A stretch of DNA of 63,821 bases from Myxococcales bacterium (GTDB lineage: Bacteria; Myxococcota_A; Polyangia; Polyangiales; Polyangiaceae). Made by a program: the position numbers and the translations under genes. Location of the stretch: the NCBI GenBank assembly GCA_016704525.1, contig JADIZX010000009.1:170625-234445 (forward strand), read 5' to 3'. The notes under the pieces were generated by a model. That model had not been told where the DNA came from. It searched no databases and saw only the letters and a list, made by a program, of their open reading frames with translations. Shown here in pieces: positions 9,858-19,522 of this stretch. Position 1 is the stretch's first letter; the number at the start of each line of letters is the position of its first letter.

Positions 9858-10166
9858 TCACTTCGGGCGAGCGAGCTTGGCGATGAGGTGGGTCTCTCGA
9901 GCGCCGAGCAGGCCGAACTGGACGCCCATCCCACCGTCGCGCTCCCAGCGGACGCGCGCGGGTAGAGTGGACGTCTCCGCGGCGCCGGGCAGCACCACCA
10001 TGATGTCGAGGTCGCTGTTGAACGGCGCCGGCGTCGAGGTCTCGATGAACATGCCGCCGATGCTCAGGTCTCGACCGCGACCTTCGTGCAGCTCGGGCTT
10101 GCCTCTCACCATGAACGTGAGCGGCACATCGATGTTCGAGCGCCCGAATTGACGGTGTTCTGCCAC
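9858..10166 (-). CDS. PilZ domain protein, a c-di-GMP receptor-type single-domain protein.
   Basis: RQFGRSN...GRGRDLSIGGMFIET matches the RxxxR...DxSxGG PilZ signature. Confidence 0.8.
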   Translation of the reverse strand: MAEHRQFGRSNIDVPLTFMVRGKPELHEGRGRDLSIGGMFIETSTPAPFNSDLDIMVVLPGAAETSTLPARVRWERDGGMGVQFGLLGARETHLIAKLARPK

Positions 10167-10171
10167 GGTTC

Positions 10172-11272
10172 GTGGATGCTACCATTTGCGCCGTGGAGGC
10201 CGAGGAGCGAAAGAGAGAGAGAGGGACATCTTCCCGCGGGCCGAAGGCGCGCGACGCGGCGCCGCTCCCTCCGGCCGTGGTGGCTGCCCTCTCGGCGGCG
10301 AAATCCACCGACGCGACGGGGCGCCCTTCGGCGACGGGTGGGCGCGCGCTCGCGCTCGTGCCCGTGGTCGTGATGCTCACGCTCGCGGCGCTGCTTTTTC
10401 CTCGCGCCGTGCCGCCTCAGGAGCTCCCCCTGCCGCGCGTGGACGTCCGCGCCCTCGAGGCCACGGCCGAGCGGGACGCGAACTACGCGCGCTTGGCCGA
10501 GCGGGGCCTCTCCGACGACACCCGTGTGCTGGGGACGAAGCTCCGGGCCTTCAACAACCTTCAAGCCAGCTCGGCCGACGAGAGCGCCATGATCGCGGGC
10601 CGGGCGGCGCTGAACCACGCGATCGCCGCCGTGCTCGAGCGCTCGCCGGCCGAGCTCAAGCTGCTCCGCGCCGCGCAGGTGACCCTGTTCCTTCGGGCGG
10701 TCGCCGACTTCGAGGCGACTGGGGTCGAGGGCGACGAGCTCATCGCTCTCGGCGGAACGTTCGTGTCGCGCCTGCGCGCGGTCGGTTGGATCAAGGAGCG
10801 CACCGTACTTCCCGACGCCGCCGTACGCGCCGCCCTCTACAAGCTCATGTGGGGCGCGACGCTCAACCTCACAGCGGACGCGACCCTCGACCTCTCACTC
10901 GACGAGCAGCGCGCGGTGCATGCATTTTACATCCTTCACCCGCACCCGTCCGACGCGCGCCGCACCGGCCTCGCCGCGGCGTGGGCCGCCGCGCACGCCG
11001 CGAGCTCCCCCGCGGCCGCCTGCGAGGAGGCGAGGCTCGCGGAGATCGCGGCCACGGAAGAGTGGCGACTCGAAAAGGTGCGCAAGCTTGGCACGCTCGA
11101 CCCCGACTACCCCACGAGCTTCGCGCTGGGGATTGGCCTCTATCGCCAGCGGAAATACGCGGCCTCGGCGGAGGCCTTCCGTGACTGGCTGCGCGAGCAC
11201 CCGACCGGCCCCCTCGCGCTGCGCGCGCAGAACCACCTCAAGGCGGCGATCGTGGCCGACTCGTCGCCCTAG
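10172..11272 (+). CDS. Hypothetical signal-anchored protein.
   Basis: One TM segment (ALALVPVVVMLTLAALLF) precedes a helical domain. The start is uncertain because it abuts the divergent PilZ gene. Confidence 0.5.
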   Translation: MDATICAVEAEERKRERGTSSRGPKARDAAPLPPAVVAALSAAKSTDATGRPSATGGRALALVPVVVMLTLAALLFPRAVPPQELPLPRVDVRALEATAERDANYARLAERGLSDDTRVLGTKLRAFNNLQASSADESAMIAGRAALNHAIAAVLERSPAELKLLRAAQVTLFLRAVADFEATGVEGDELIALGGTFVSRLRAVGWIKERTVLPDAAVRAALYKLMWGATLNLTADATLDLSLDEQRAVHAFYILHPHPSDARRTGLAAAWAAAHAASSPAAACEEARLAEIAATEEWRLEKVRKLGTLDPDYPTSFALGIGLYRQRKYAASAEAFRDWLREHPTGPLALRAQNHLKAAIVADSSP

Positions 11273-11431
11273 CTAGAGCGCCGAACCGCTTGATTCGGTC
11301 GGCCTTTCGCCGATTTACGTCGCCGTACTTCGTTGCTCCTCCTCGCCTAGCAGCAGTAGGACTCGTCGTCGCGCCCCGCACGGCTCGCAACTCGGCGAAA
11401 ATCCTCGGTCATCAAGCGGTTCGGCGCTCTA
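11270..11431. repeat. Intergenic element bounded by 22-bp perfect inverted repeats, CTAGAGCGCCGAACCGCTTGAT ... ATCAAGCGGTTCGGCGCTCTAG.
   Basis: Read directly from the sequence. The element begins at the TAG stop of the upstream gene. The interior contains CTAGCAGC. Confidence 0.6.
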
Positions 11432-11555
11432 GAAAGGGTCGCCTCGTCTCCTCCGAGCGAGAGGCCGTCGTCCACCCGACCTTGAAGGGCGTCCAGGGCC
11501 GCGCGGGCTCCGCCAGTTACGCGGTCCAGCCGTTCAAGCCTGGACGGGCGGTGGC

Positions 11556-12884
11556 TCACGAGCCCTCGGGGGGGTCGCACGGCGGCGTAGACGTGGACGT
11601 GGACGGAGGCGCGGGCGCGGGCGCGGGCGCGGGTGCAGGCGCCGGCGCGGGCACCGCGGTGGGGTCGGCGGGGGCTCGCTCTTCGCACGCGGCGGGCTGG
11701 GTCGAGACCCTCGCCCCGCGCACCGTGAGGCTGCCCGCGTAGGAGAGTTGGCGCGCGAAGAGCGCGCCGTCGATCGTCGCGTTGCCCGCAAAGGACACCT
11801 CGGCCTCGGGCGCGTACACGAGCCCATGGAACGCCTCCCTTCCGGCGAGCGTGAGCTTCGCGTTCTTGCCGCCCACGTAGAGGCGGAGCGCCTCGGGCCG
11901 CGTGGGATCGCCGAACGACGCCCGCCCGACCGTCGTCAGCGTACCGTCCACGAACATGTCCAGCGTCGCCCCCGCGCCGAGCACGATCTGGCCCTCGCCG
12001 ATCGTGGTCAGGTCGCCCTCCAGGTAGAGCTGCACCGCGCCTTCGATCCGCAAGCTCGTGCCGCGCAGCTCGCCCGCACCTGAGAAGTAGTAGCGGCCGT
12101 CGCGCAGCGTGAGTGGCGCGCCCTTCGCCACGATGCGCGCGTCGGTGCCGAGCCCCGCGCGCGCGTTGTCGTTCGCGCCGCGGGCGGCTCGCACCGCGCC
12201 GGCCACGTCGTAGAGAGCGCCGGGATCGCACGCGCACGGCGGCGCCCCCGGATCGACGTACGCGCCGCGGGCTCCGGCGACCTGGCGCCCGGCGAACGAC
12301 GTGGGCTCGGGAGTGCGGAGCGTGCCGCCTACGCGGAGGGAGCCCGCGCCCGAGAGCCGCCCACCGACGGCGAGGTCCGCGCCGACCGTGAGATCGCCCG
12401 CGCCCGACAGATCGCCCCCGGCGAGCGCGTGATCTCGCACGTCGAGGTCGCCGGCGAAGGACACGTCCGCCCCCGAGCGCAGGCTGCCGTCGATGCGGGT
12501 GCCGGACGCGAACGAGAGGCGACCGACGACGCCGACATCCGCGGTCTCGCCGGGTCGGGCGATGGTCGTGAGCTTGCCGGCGTGCGACATCGCGCCGCAC
12601 ACGCACACCGCGGCCTGCGCGAACAGCGCAGGCGCCGGGCTGCAGTGGGTCGTGAGCGCGGGAGGGCGTGGCCTCGGCGGGGCCGCGTACGAGAGCCCGC
12701 CGCTCTTCCCAACGCCCTGCGCCGCGCCGCTCTCCTCCACCTCTCCGCCGACGCGAATCGAACACGCCGACGCGAGGGTGAGCGCGGCGAGCGGCGCGAG
12801 CGACCAGACTCGCGAGACGCGCGGGGCGTGCGAGGTTCCCGCGACGGACGTTGAGCGATGGGGAGCAAGCTTGAAGGGGCGCAT
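11556..12884 (-). CDS. Lipoprotein with repetitive beta-strand repeats (bactofilin/DUF4097-like) and a C-terminal (AP)n tail.
   Basis: Start at MRPFKLAP... Lipobox ...LTLASAC. Repeats of the form GDLSGAGDLTVGADLAVGGRLSGAGSLRVGG. The tail APAPAPAPAPAPAP explains the GAGAGAG tract on the + strand. Confidence 0.6.
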   Translation of the reverse strand: MRPFKLAPHRSTSVAGTSHAPRVSRVWSLAPLAALTLASACSIRVGGEVEESGAAQGVGKSGGLSYAAPPRPRPPALTTHCSPAPALFAQAAVCVCGAMSHAGKLTTIARPGETADVGVVGRLSFASGTRIDGSLRSGADVSFAGDLDVRDHALAGGDLSGAGDLTVGADLAVGGRLSGAGSLRVGGTLRTPEPTSFAGRQVAGARGAYVDPGAPPCACDPGALYDVAGAVRAARGANDNARAGLGTDARIVAKGAPLTLRDGRYYFSGAGELRGTSLRIEGAVQLYLEGDLTTIGEGQIVLGAGATLDMFVDGTLTTVGRASFGDPTRPEALRLYVGGKNAKLTLAGREAFHGLVYAPEAEVSFAGNATIDGALFARQLSYAGSLTVRGARVSTQPAACEERAPADPTAVPAPAPAPAPAPAPAPPSTSTSTPPCDPPEGS

Positions 12885-13067
12885 CGGGTTCCTTTGGGTG
12901 AGGGGTCGACCCTCCTTTCGCACGCTGCGTGCCACCGCCCTCGCCGCGCAGCGCCCAGGTTTGCGCAGGTTTCTTGGTTCGGCCGCGTCGCCGCCGTCGC
13001 GCGGACCGCCGGAGCGCCCGCGTGCCCGCGTCACCGGCGACGCGGTCGCTCACGTCTCGGTCGGGCC

Positions 13068-13095
13068 TTGACAGTGCGAACGATCGTTCTATTAA
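13068..13095 (+). promoter_or_regulatory. Sigma70-like promoter (TTGACA-N16-TATTAA) with an embedded GAACGATCGTTC palindrome that is a probable TetR operator.
   Basis: Near-consensus -35 and -10 hexamers in a 70% GC background. A 12-bp perfect palindrome lies in the spacer. The TetR GTG start is at 13102, implying a leaderless or very short-leader mRNA. Confidence 0.55.
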
Positions 13096-13101
13096 TGGGG
13101 G

Positions 13102-13704
13102 GTGGGCAAAGGGGAAAAGACCCGAGCGACGATCCTCGAGATGGCCCTCGCCGACGCGAGCGAGCGCGGGCTCGAGGGCCTCAGCATCGGCGGCCTGGCC
13201 GGGCGCGCCAACATGTCGAAGAGCGGGCTCTTCGCCCACTTCGGCTCGAAGGACGAGCTCCAGCTCGCCGTCCTTGCCGAGGCCGTCGACCGCTTCGTCG
13301 AATTCGTGATGGCCCCCGCCTTGAAGGAGCCCCGGGGCGAGCCGCGGTTCCGCGCGCTCTTCGAGCGTTGGCTGCTCTGGGCACGTCAACCCTTCCAGCC
13401 GGGCGGGTGCATCTTCCTCGCGGCGGCCGTCGAGCTCGACGACCGCCCCGGCCACGCGCGCGATCGCCTGGTGGCGTCACAGCGCGACTGGCTCGACGTG
13501 CTCGCGAACGCGGCGCGCATCGCGGTGGAGGAGGGGCACTTCCGCCGCGACCTCGACGTCGAGCAGCTCGCCTTCGAGATGTACGCCATGGCGCAGGGCT
13601 TCCACCAGCTCGAGCGCCTCATGCGCGACCCTCGCGCCGAGTCGCGCGCCCGCACCGCCTTCGAGCGCTTGATGTGCGACGCACGTGCCAGGCCCCGCAG
13701 CTGA
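13102..13704 (+). CDS. TetR/AcrR family transcriptional regulator.
   Basis: The N-terminal HTH TRATILEMALADASERGLEGLSIGGLAGRANMSKSGLFAHFGSKDEL is canonical TetR. Confidence 0.85.
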   Translation: MGKGEKTRATILEMALADASERGLEGLSIGGLAGRANMSKSGLFAHFGSKDELQLAVLAEAVDRFVEFVMAPALKEPRGEPRFRALFERWLLWARQPFQPGGCIFLAAAVELDDRPGHARDRLVASQRDWLDVLANAARIAVEEGHFRRDLDVEQLAFEMYAMAQGFHQLERLMRDPRAESRARTAFERLMCDARARPRS

Positions 13705-13810
13705 CCGCACGCCTCGTCGTAGCCAGCCTTGCGGCTGCCACGGTCGGCCCCGCGTCCCACGTCTCTAGCCCCAATAGCCCCAATCCCTAGCCCCCTCTTG
13801 GAGGAGCCCC

Positions 13811-14737
13811 ATGTCGACCCATCCACACCTGCAAAATAGAACGAACGGTCGGACTCTGATCGCTCGAGAACTGCTCGCGCTCGGCGACGCCATGGCACCC
13901 AAACTCGTGGGCTCCTGGGCGGCAGCGAGGTTCTTCTCGCCGGCGCGCCGGCGGCGGCCCGCGTGGGAGGCCGCCGTCCTCGCGAGTGGGCGGCGGGGCG
14001 CCGTGCGCGCGCCGGAGGGCTCGCTGCCGACCTGGACCTGGGGCGCAGGGCCGAGCGTGGTGCTCGTGCACGGCTGGGAGGGTCGTGGCAGCCAGCTCGG
14101 CGCGGTGGTCGACACGCTCGTCGCCGGGGGGCGCTCGGTCGTCGCGTTCGACGCGCCGGGCCACGGCGACGCCCCGGGTCGCACCGCGTCGGTCATCGAG
14201 CTCGCGCGCGCCCTCACGCTCGTCGCGACGCAGACGCCGGACGTCGAGGCGATCGTCGCGCACTCTCTGGGCGCGGCGGCCACGATGGTCGCGCTCGCCC
14301 GCGCCGACCTGGCTCGGAAGGCCGTGTTCGTCGCGCCACCTCTCGCCGCGGCGCCTTGGGCCGACGGATTCGCGAGGCGCGTCGGCCTGCCCGAGCGCGT
14401 GGAGCGCGCGTTCCGGCGTGGCCTCGTGGAGCGCCTCGGCGTGCCCGTCGAGACCATCGACGCGCGCGTGCTGCGGCCTCTCGGCGCCGTCGACCTGCTC
14501 GTCGTCCACGACGCCACCGACCGCGAGGTGCCCGTAGAGCTCGGTCGCGAGGTGGCCTCCGCCTGGGGCGGCCGGCTCGTGGAGACGCGAGGTCTCGGGC
14601 ACCGCCGGATCCTCCGCAGCCCGCGCCTCGCCGACGAGGTCGTGGCCTTCCTCTCCGGGCGAGCGCCAGAGGGGCCGCAGGCCGAGCTCGAGGGAGAGCT
14701 CTTCCACCGCGAGCGCCGCTGGGACGGTCTGCACTGA
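13811..14737 (+). CDS. Alpha/beta hydrolase.
   Basis: VVLVHGWEG...AHSLGA nucleophile elbow. Lies downstream of the TetR gene, so a likely regulated target. Confidence 0.75.
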   Translation: MSTHPHLQNRTNGRTLIARELLALGDAMAPKLVGSWAAARFFSPARRRRPAWEAAVLASGRRGAVRAPEGSLPTWTWGAGPSVVLVHGWEGRGSQLGAVVDTLVAGGRSVVAFDAPGHGDAPGRTASVIELARALTLVATQTPDVEAIVAHSLGAAATMVALARADLARKAVFVAPPLAAAPWADGFARRVGLPERVERAFRRGLVERLGVPVETIDARVLRPLGAVDLLVVHDATDREVPVELGREVASAWGGRLVETRGLGHRRILRSPRLADEVVAFLSGRAPEGPQAELEGELFHRERRWDGLH

Positions 14738-14832
14738 GCGCCCGACGGCGTGTCAGGCGCCGGCGCGATTGAACGGTCAAGCGGACGGCGCGCCGCGAAA
14801 GGTTCCCGGGAATCGACGCGGGAGCCGCCTCG

Positions 14833-15339
14833 CTACGGCTCGTCGGGCTCGTCGCCGGCGCTCGGCGTGGCGGCTCGCGCGCCGGTCGCCGTGTAGGCCT
14901 GCGCGCACCTCGGCTTCGAACCGCCCTGCGTCTGCACGGTGACGTGGAACGGCGTGGTTGGCTGCGCCGCCCCCACGTACGTGGCCGCGAGCCTGTCGCA
15001 GGTGGGTGGGGTGCCGAGCGGGCCGACCTGGCACACGATCATGCGGGGCTCCTTCGAGGGATCGCCCTTCGGCGGCCCCGCGTCGGCGATCTCGCGGATG
15101 AGATCGCCCATACGGGCGGGGTCGAACACCATCGCCTCCTGGCAGCCGGCCTTGCGGAGCTCCTTCGTGCCGGGCGCCGTGCGCGCCTCTTCGGCCATCT
15201 TCGACCCCTCCCCGATGACCCGCGCGATCTTCTTGCCCTCGGGTGACGACATCACGCGCCACGCGCCGATCGCCACGAGGATCACGCCGACGACCACGAG
15301 CGCCGCGAGCACCATCACGGCGATCAGGCACCCGCTCAT
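14833..15339 (-). CDS. Hypothetical membrane-anchored protein.
   Basis: Start MSGCLIAVMVLAALVVVGVILVAIGAW with a GAAGGGG RBS. The TM segment is followed by a soluble domain. Confidence 0.5.
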   Translation of the reverse strand: MSGCLIAVMVLAALVVVGVILVAIGAWRVMSSPEGKKIARVIGEGSKMAEEARTAPGTKELRKAGCQEAMVFDPARMGDLIREIADAGPPKGDPSKEPRMIVCQVGPLGTPPTCDRLAATYVGAAQPTTPFHVTVQTQGGSKPRCAQAYTATGARAATPSAGDEPDEP

Positions 15340-15627
15340 CCCCTTCTTTGGTTGAACCGGCTGACCGTGGCCTTGCGGATGCTGCACGTGAAGCTCCTTC
15401 TCGACGCGACGGCGCGCCCCCCTCTACGTACAGCGTTCTCCGGCCGCTGAGAACGCCGCCGAGCGCGGTCGCCGGCGCGCTCGCGAGGCTGCGGTGCGCC
15501 CCAGGCTGCGCCCTTCGCTCGCTGCTGCCGATCGTCCCGCTCTTCGCTGCCTTCGCCGCGACCGCCATCACCGCGCGGCGCAGGGCAACCGGTCGAGGTC
15601 ACCTTGGGGACGACTGAAGGGCGCGCT

Positions 15628-16599
15628 CTAGCCCGACGACGCGAGCGCAGCCCGCAGCGCGTCCCGGATCGACACGAGGCTCCGCACCCCGAAGAGCGCC
15701 ACGGACGGCGCGGACGGACGAAAGGCCTCGTCGATCCACGCGCCGAGCGTCGCGTCGTCGACGTCCGGCCCCTCGCTCACGCGGGCCTCGAGCCACGCGA
15801 CGCGATCGCGCGAGGCCATGAGCTCGCCACCGAGTCGCACGCGCAACCTCTCGTCTCTCCAAGAGAAAACGGGTCCAATGGCCTCCTCGACGCGCGCCAA
15901 CGGCGACGGCGCAGTCTCCACGACGGGCGGCGCGTCGGCGGCCGGGAGCCGCTCCACGGGCAGCCCGAACGCCTCCGCGAGCGCGGCCTCGACGCGCGCG
16001 GGATCGACGGCGCCACGGTCACCGCGAAGCTCGGCGAAGGTCGCGGGGGCGCGCCCACCGTAGGAGAGGCGCGCGGCGTCCGGGAGGGCGCTCGACGCGA
16101 GGGACACGAAGGCCTCGACGACGGTGCGTCGCGTGCCCGCGTCATGCCCGAACGCGACGAGGCCGACCGGGCGCTTGTCGGCGGAGAGCCAGTCGCGCCC
16201 GAAGTAATGGGTGGGCACGGCCACGCGGGTCAGCGCGCGGAGGATCGGGCGTACCGCGCGGTTCAGCAGCTGGTCGCACGTCGCCGGCATGAGCGCGCCC
16301 GGGTGCGGGAGCGAGAGCCCTACGTAGAGGACGCCGGGGCCGAGGCGGGCCGACGCGCCGCCCGATGCGCGACGGAACCGTGGCACGCTCGCGAGCGGCC
16401 CCAGATCTTCACGCTGCATCGGTGGAGGCGCGGGCTGAAACGCGCCGAGGAGCAGGGCCTCGCGCGCGGGCCACGCCACCAGGAGGCGAGGCGAGGCCGA
16501 GGCGTCGTCGAGGGCGCGCTGGGAGAACGCCGCGACCGCGGCCGGCGAGGGCGCGTGGGGCGTGGGGTCGTGGGCGTCGTCGCGCGAGGGAGCGTTCAC
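15628..16599 (-). CDS. Lipoate-protein ligase family protein (LplA/LipB-like).
   Basis: ...LLVAWPAREALLLGAFQ... and the FRRASGGASARLGPGVLYVGLSLP block match the BPL/LPL catalytic-domain motif. Confidence 0.6.
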   Translation of the reverse strand: MNAPSRDDAHDPTPHAPSPAAVAAFSQRALDDASASPRLLVAWPAREALLLGAFQPAPPPMQREDLGPLASVPRFRRASGGASARLGPGVLYVGLSLPHPGALMPATCDQLLNRAVRPILRALTRVAVPTHYFGRDWLSADKRPVGLVAFGHDAGTRRTVVEAFVSLASSALPDAARLSYGGRAPATFAELRGDRGAVDPARVEAALAEAFGLPVERLPAADAPPVVETAPSPLARVEEAIGPVFSWRDERLRVRLGGELMASRDRVAWLEARVSEGPDVDDATLGAWIDEAFRPSAPSVALFGVRSLVSIRDALRAALASSG

Positions 16600-16699
16600 G
16601 CCGCACCTCTAGCACTCGGCCGTCGCGTCGCGCGCCTTGGACGCGCCCGCCAGCGCGCGCGAGCGTGGCGACCGGCCGCCCGATGGGCGAAGATGGGGC

Positions 16700-18065
16700 A
16701 TGACCAAGCTCGCGTCGAGCTCCGGCGACACCTGCGTACGGCTCCTCCAGGACCTCATCCGGCAGCCCACCGTGAACCGCGGCACGGGCGGGGAGGACGA
16801 CGGTCACGAGCACCTCTGCGCCTCGCGCCTCGCGGACTTCGCGCGCGACGCCGGGCTCGAGCCCAAGACGTTCGCGAAGGTGAAGAACCGCGACAACCTG
16901 GTGGTGAGGCTCCGCGGCTCGGGCGCGAAGCCGCCGCTGCTCCTCAACGCCCACACCGACGTCGTCGAGGCCGACGCCGCCCGCTGGACTCACCCGCCCT
17001 TCGGCGGAGAGATCCACGACGGGTACCTCTGGGGTCGCGGGGCCATCGACATGAAGCACATGGCGGCGATGAGCGCCTGCGTGCTCGCGCGGCTGAAGGA
17101 AGAGGGCGTGCCGCTGGAGCGCGACGTCATCTTCGCCGCCGTCGCCGACGAGGAGGCGGGGTGCGGCCTCGGCAGCACGTACCTCGTGGACGACCACCCC
17201 GACGAAGTACGTGCAGAGTACATGCTCGGCGAGGTGGGCGCGTTCTCGCTGAACCTGCTCGGCAAGGTCTTCTACCCCGTGCAGGTCGCGGAGAAGGGCG
17301 CCGTGTGGCTGCGCGCCACGTACACGGGCGCTCCGGGCCACGGCTCCATGCCGGACCCGAACAGCGCGGTCGTGCGGCTCGCCGAGGCCATCGCGAGGCT
17401 TGGGCGCACGCGCCTGCCCATGCACCCCGTGCCCGTCGTGACCGACTTCGTCACGCGGCTCGCCGCGTCGCTGCCGTTCCCGCAGAGCCAGGCGCTGAAG
17501 CGCCTCACCACACCCCAGATCGCCGGGCTCATCCTCGACTACCTCGTGAAGGATCCCGACCAGCGGCGGAGCTTCGGCGCGATGCTCTCCAGCACCGCGT
17601 CGCCCACGGTGGTGCGCCGGCCACAAGGTGAACGTGATCCCGGGCCGCGCGAGCGTGGAGATCGACGGTCGCACGCTGCCAGGCCAGTCCGAGCTCGCCT
17701 TCCTGGCAGAGCTCCGCGAGCTGCTCGGGCCCGACGCCGAGGTCGAGGTGCTCCGATCGCTCCCCGCCGTGGAGACCGATCCGACGACGCCGCTTTACGG
17801 CCACCTCGAGCGCATGCTCCGGAAGCATGACCCGCTAGGTGAGCCACTTCCCTACATGGTGGTGGGGTTCACCGACGCGAAGGCCTACGCCCGATTGGGC
17901 ACCCATTGCTACGGGTTCGCGCCCGTAAAATTCGACCCCACGCACGAGATCAGCTTCCAGAAGATGTACCACGGCCACGACGAGCGCGTGCCGGTGGACG
18001 GCCTCGCGTGGGGTCTCGAGGTGCTCTACGAGACCGTCCGCGACTTCTGCGCGCCTCGCCGCTGA
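16700..18065 (+). pseudogene. M20 family metallopeptidase (ArgE/DapE-like), interrupted by a +1 frameshift near 17610-17620.
   Basis: The N-terminal part is in frame 16700..~17615 (NAHTDVV, DMKHMAAM, ADEEAGCGLGS motifs). The C-terminal part GHKVNVIPGRASVEIDGRTLPG... is in the 17628 frame. Deleting one nt in gtggtgCgccggccac fuses them to SPTVVAGHKVNVIPG. Confidence 0.7.
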
Positions 18066-18202
18066 CGTGTCTTGCCGTGCTGGTGGGAACCCGATAAAAC
18101 CGAAGCCTCACGTTTCAGCGGGTGCGTTTCGGGCTCTCCCACGGCGGGAACACGAACCGGCTCGAGGTCATATGCGCGTGCGCGTGCCCGCGGAGGACTC
18201 GG

Positions 18203-18685
18203 ATGGCTAATCCCCAGATGGTGATGTACGAGGAGGAGTTCAATCAGATCCAAGCGGTCGTGGACCGTCTGGTTCGCGACGCGAACGCCAAGGTCGTCTT
18301 CATCGTCGACAAGAACGGGCAGCTCATCGCTGCGAGCGGCGACATCGACAACGTCGACACCACGAGCCTCGCCTCGCTCACGGCGGGCAACATCGCGGCG
18401 ACCGGCGGCATGGCCAAGCTCCTGAAGGAGAACGAGTTCGCCACTCAGTTTCACGAGGGGGAGAAGGCCAACATCCACATCCAGCTCGTGGGCAACCGGG
18501 TGATCCTGGTGGTCATCTTCGACTCGCGGTCGAGCCTCGGGCTCGTGCGTCTCCGCGTGAAGAAGGCGAGCGAGGAGCTCAACCACATCTTCGAAGCGCT
18601 CCTCAAGAAGGTGGCGGAGCCCGGGGCAGACTCGCCCTTCGCGGAGATCACCGACGAAGACATCGACAACCTCTTCAACGACTGA
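18203..18685 (+). CDS. mglB: MglB, a Roadblock/LC7 domain protein and GAP for MglA.
   Basis: MANPQMVMYEEEFNQIQAVVDRLVRDANAKVVFIVDKNGQLIA...SLGLVRLRVKKASEEL is near-identical to M. xanthus MglB as recalled. A GGAGG RBS is present. Confidence 0.9.
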   Translation: MANPQMVMYEEEFNQIQAVVDRLVRDANAKVVFIVDKNGQLIAASGDIDNVDTTSLASLTAGNIAATGGMAKLLKENEFATQFHEGEKANIHIQLVGNRVILVVIFDSRSSLGLVRLRVKKASEELNHIFEALLKKVAEPGADSPFAEITDEDIDNLFND

Positions 18686-18703
18686 TCGCGGAGGAGAGGA
18701 CCA

Positions 18704-19294
18704 ATGAGCTTCATCAACTACATGGCGCGCGAGATCAACTGCAAGTTGGTCTACTACGGCCCGGGCCTGTGCGGAAAGACCACGAACCTCCAGTACATCT
18801 ACGAGCGCACCAACCCCGACGCGAAGGGCAAGATGATAAGCCTCGCGACGGAGACGGAGCGCACGCTCTTCTTCGACTTCCTGCCGCTTTCGCTGGGCGA
18901 AATCCGCGGGTTCAAGACGCGCTTCCACCTCTACACGGTGCCCGGGCAGGTCTTCTACGACGCCTCGCGGAAGCTCATCTTGAAGGGGGTCGACGGCGTG
19001 ATCTTCGTCGCCGACTCGCAGATCGAGCGCACGGAGGCGAACCTCGAGTCGGTCGAGAACCTTCGCACCAACCTCGCCGAGCAGGGCTACTCGCTCGATA
19101 AGCTCCCGTATGTTGTACAATACAACAAACGCGACCTCCCCAACGTCGGCACCGTGGAGGAGCTCCGCGAGCTCATCAACCCCACCAACGTGCCGGATTT
19201 CGAGGCCGTGGCGCGCACCGGCGTGGGCGTGTTCGACACGCTGAAAGCCGTCGCGAAGCTCGTCCTCACCGAGCTGCGCAAGGGCGGCACCTGA
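18704..19294 (+). CDS. mglA: MglA, the mutual gliding-motility Ras-like small GTPase.
   Basis: MSFINY...[23 protein letters not shown]...[26 protein letters not shown] shows very high identity to M. xanthus MglA as recalled. Confidence 0.95.
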   Translation: MSFINYMAREINCKLVYYGPGLCGKTTNLQYIYERTNPDAKGKMISLATETERTLFFDFLPLSLGEIRGFKTRFHLYTVPGQVFYDASRKLILKGVDGVIFVADSQIERTEANLESVENLRTNLAEQGYSLDKLPYVVQYNKRDLPNVGTVEELRELINPTNVPDFEAVARTGVGVFDTLKAVAKLVLTELRKGGT

Positions 19295-19328
19295 GCCCTC
19301 CGCCCACGCGGCGCGCGGCGAGACCCTC

Positions 19329-19442
19329 ATGCAGACCGTAGGTGGCCCCGTCATTTTCGCGCTGCTGGGCCTCATGCTGCTCATCGCCGCGGGCGCCGTC
19401 GTCGCGCTGGCCTCCGTGCTGTTCTCGCGGAAGAAGAAGTAG
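19329..19442 (+). CDS. 37-aa hydrophobic micro-protein MQTVGGPVIFALLGLMLLIAAGAVVALASVLFSRKKK.
   Basis: Not in the ORF track and read directly. GC3 is strongly coding-like. A single TM helix is followed by a KKK tail. Lies 35 nt downstream of mglA. Confidence 0.4.
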   Translation: MQTVGGPVIFALLGLMLLIAAGAVVALASVLFSRKKK

Positions 19443-19522
19443 CCGATCACCGCGGCGCTTGCGCGGGCAGCGCGGTTGGTCTATTCCCTGCTCCCCCTTT
19501 CCTCTCCTCCTTGGAGCCTGCC

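Noticed and set aside
11590-11680. An apparent (GA)n / GAGAGAGAG microsatellite and the ORF 11290..11742 containing GAGAGAGAGAGAG.
   Set aside because: It is the opposite strand of the (AP)n-encoding (GCGGGC)n tract at the C-terminus of the 11556..12884 lipoprotein, not an independent feature.
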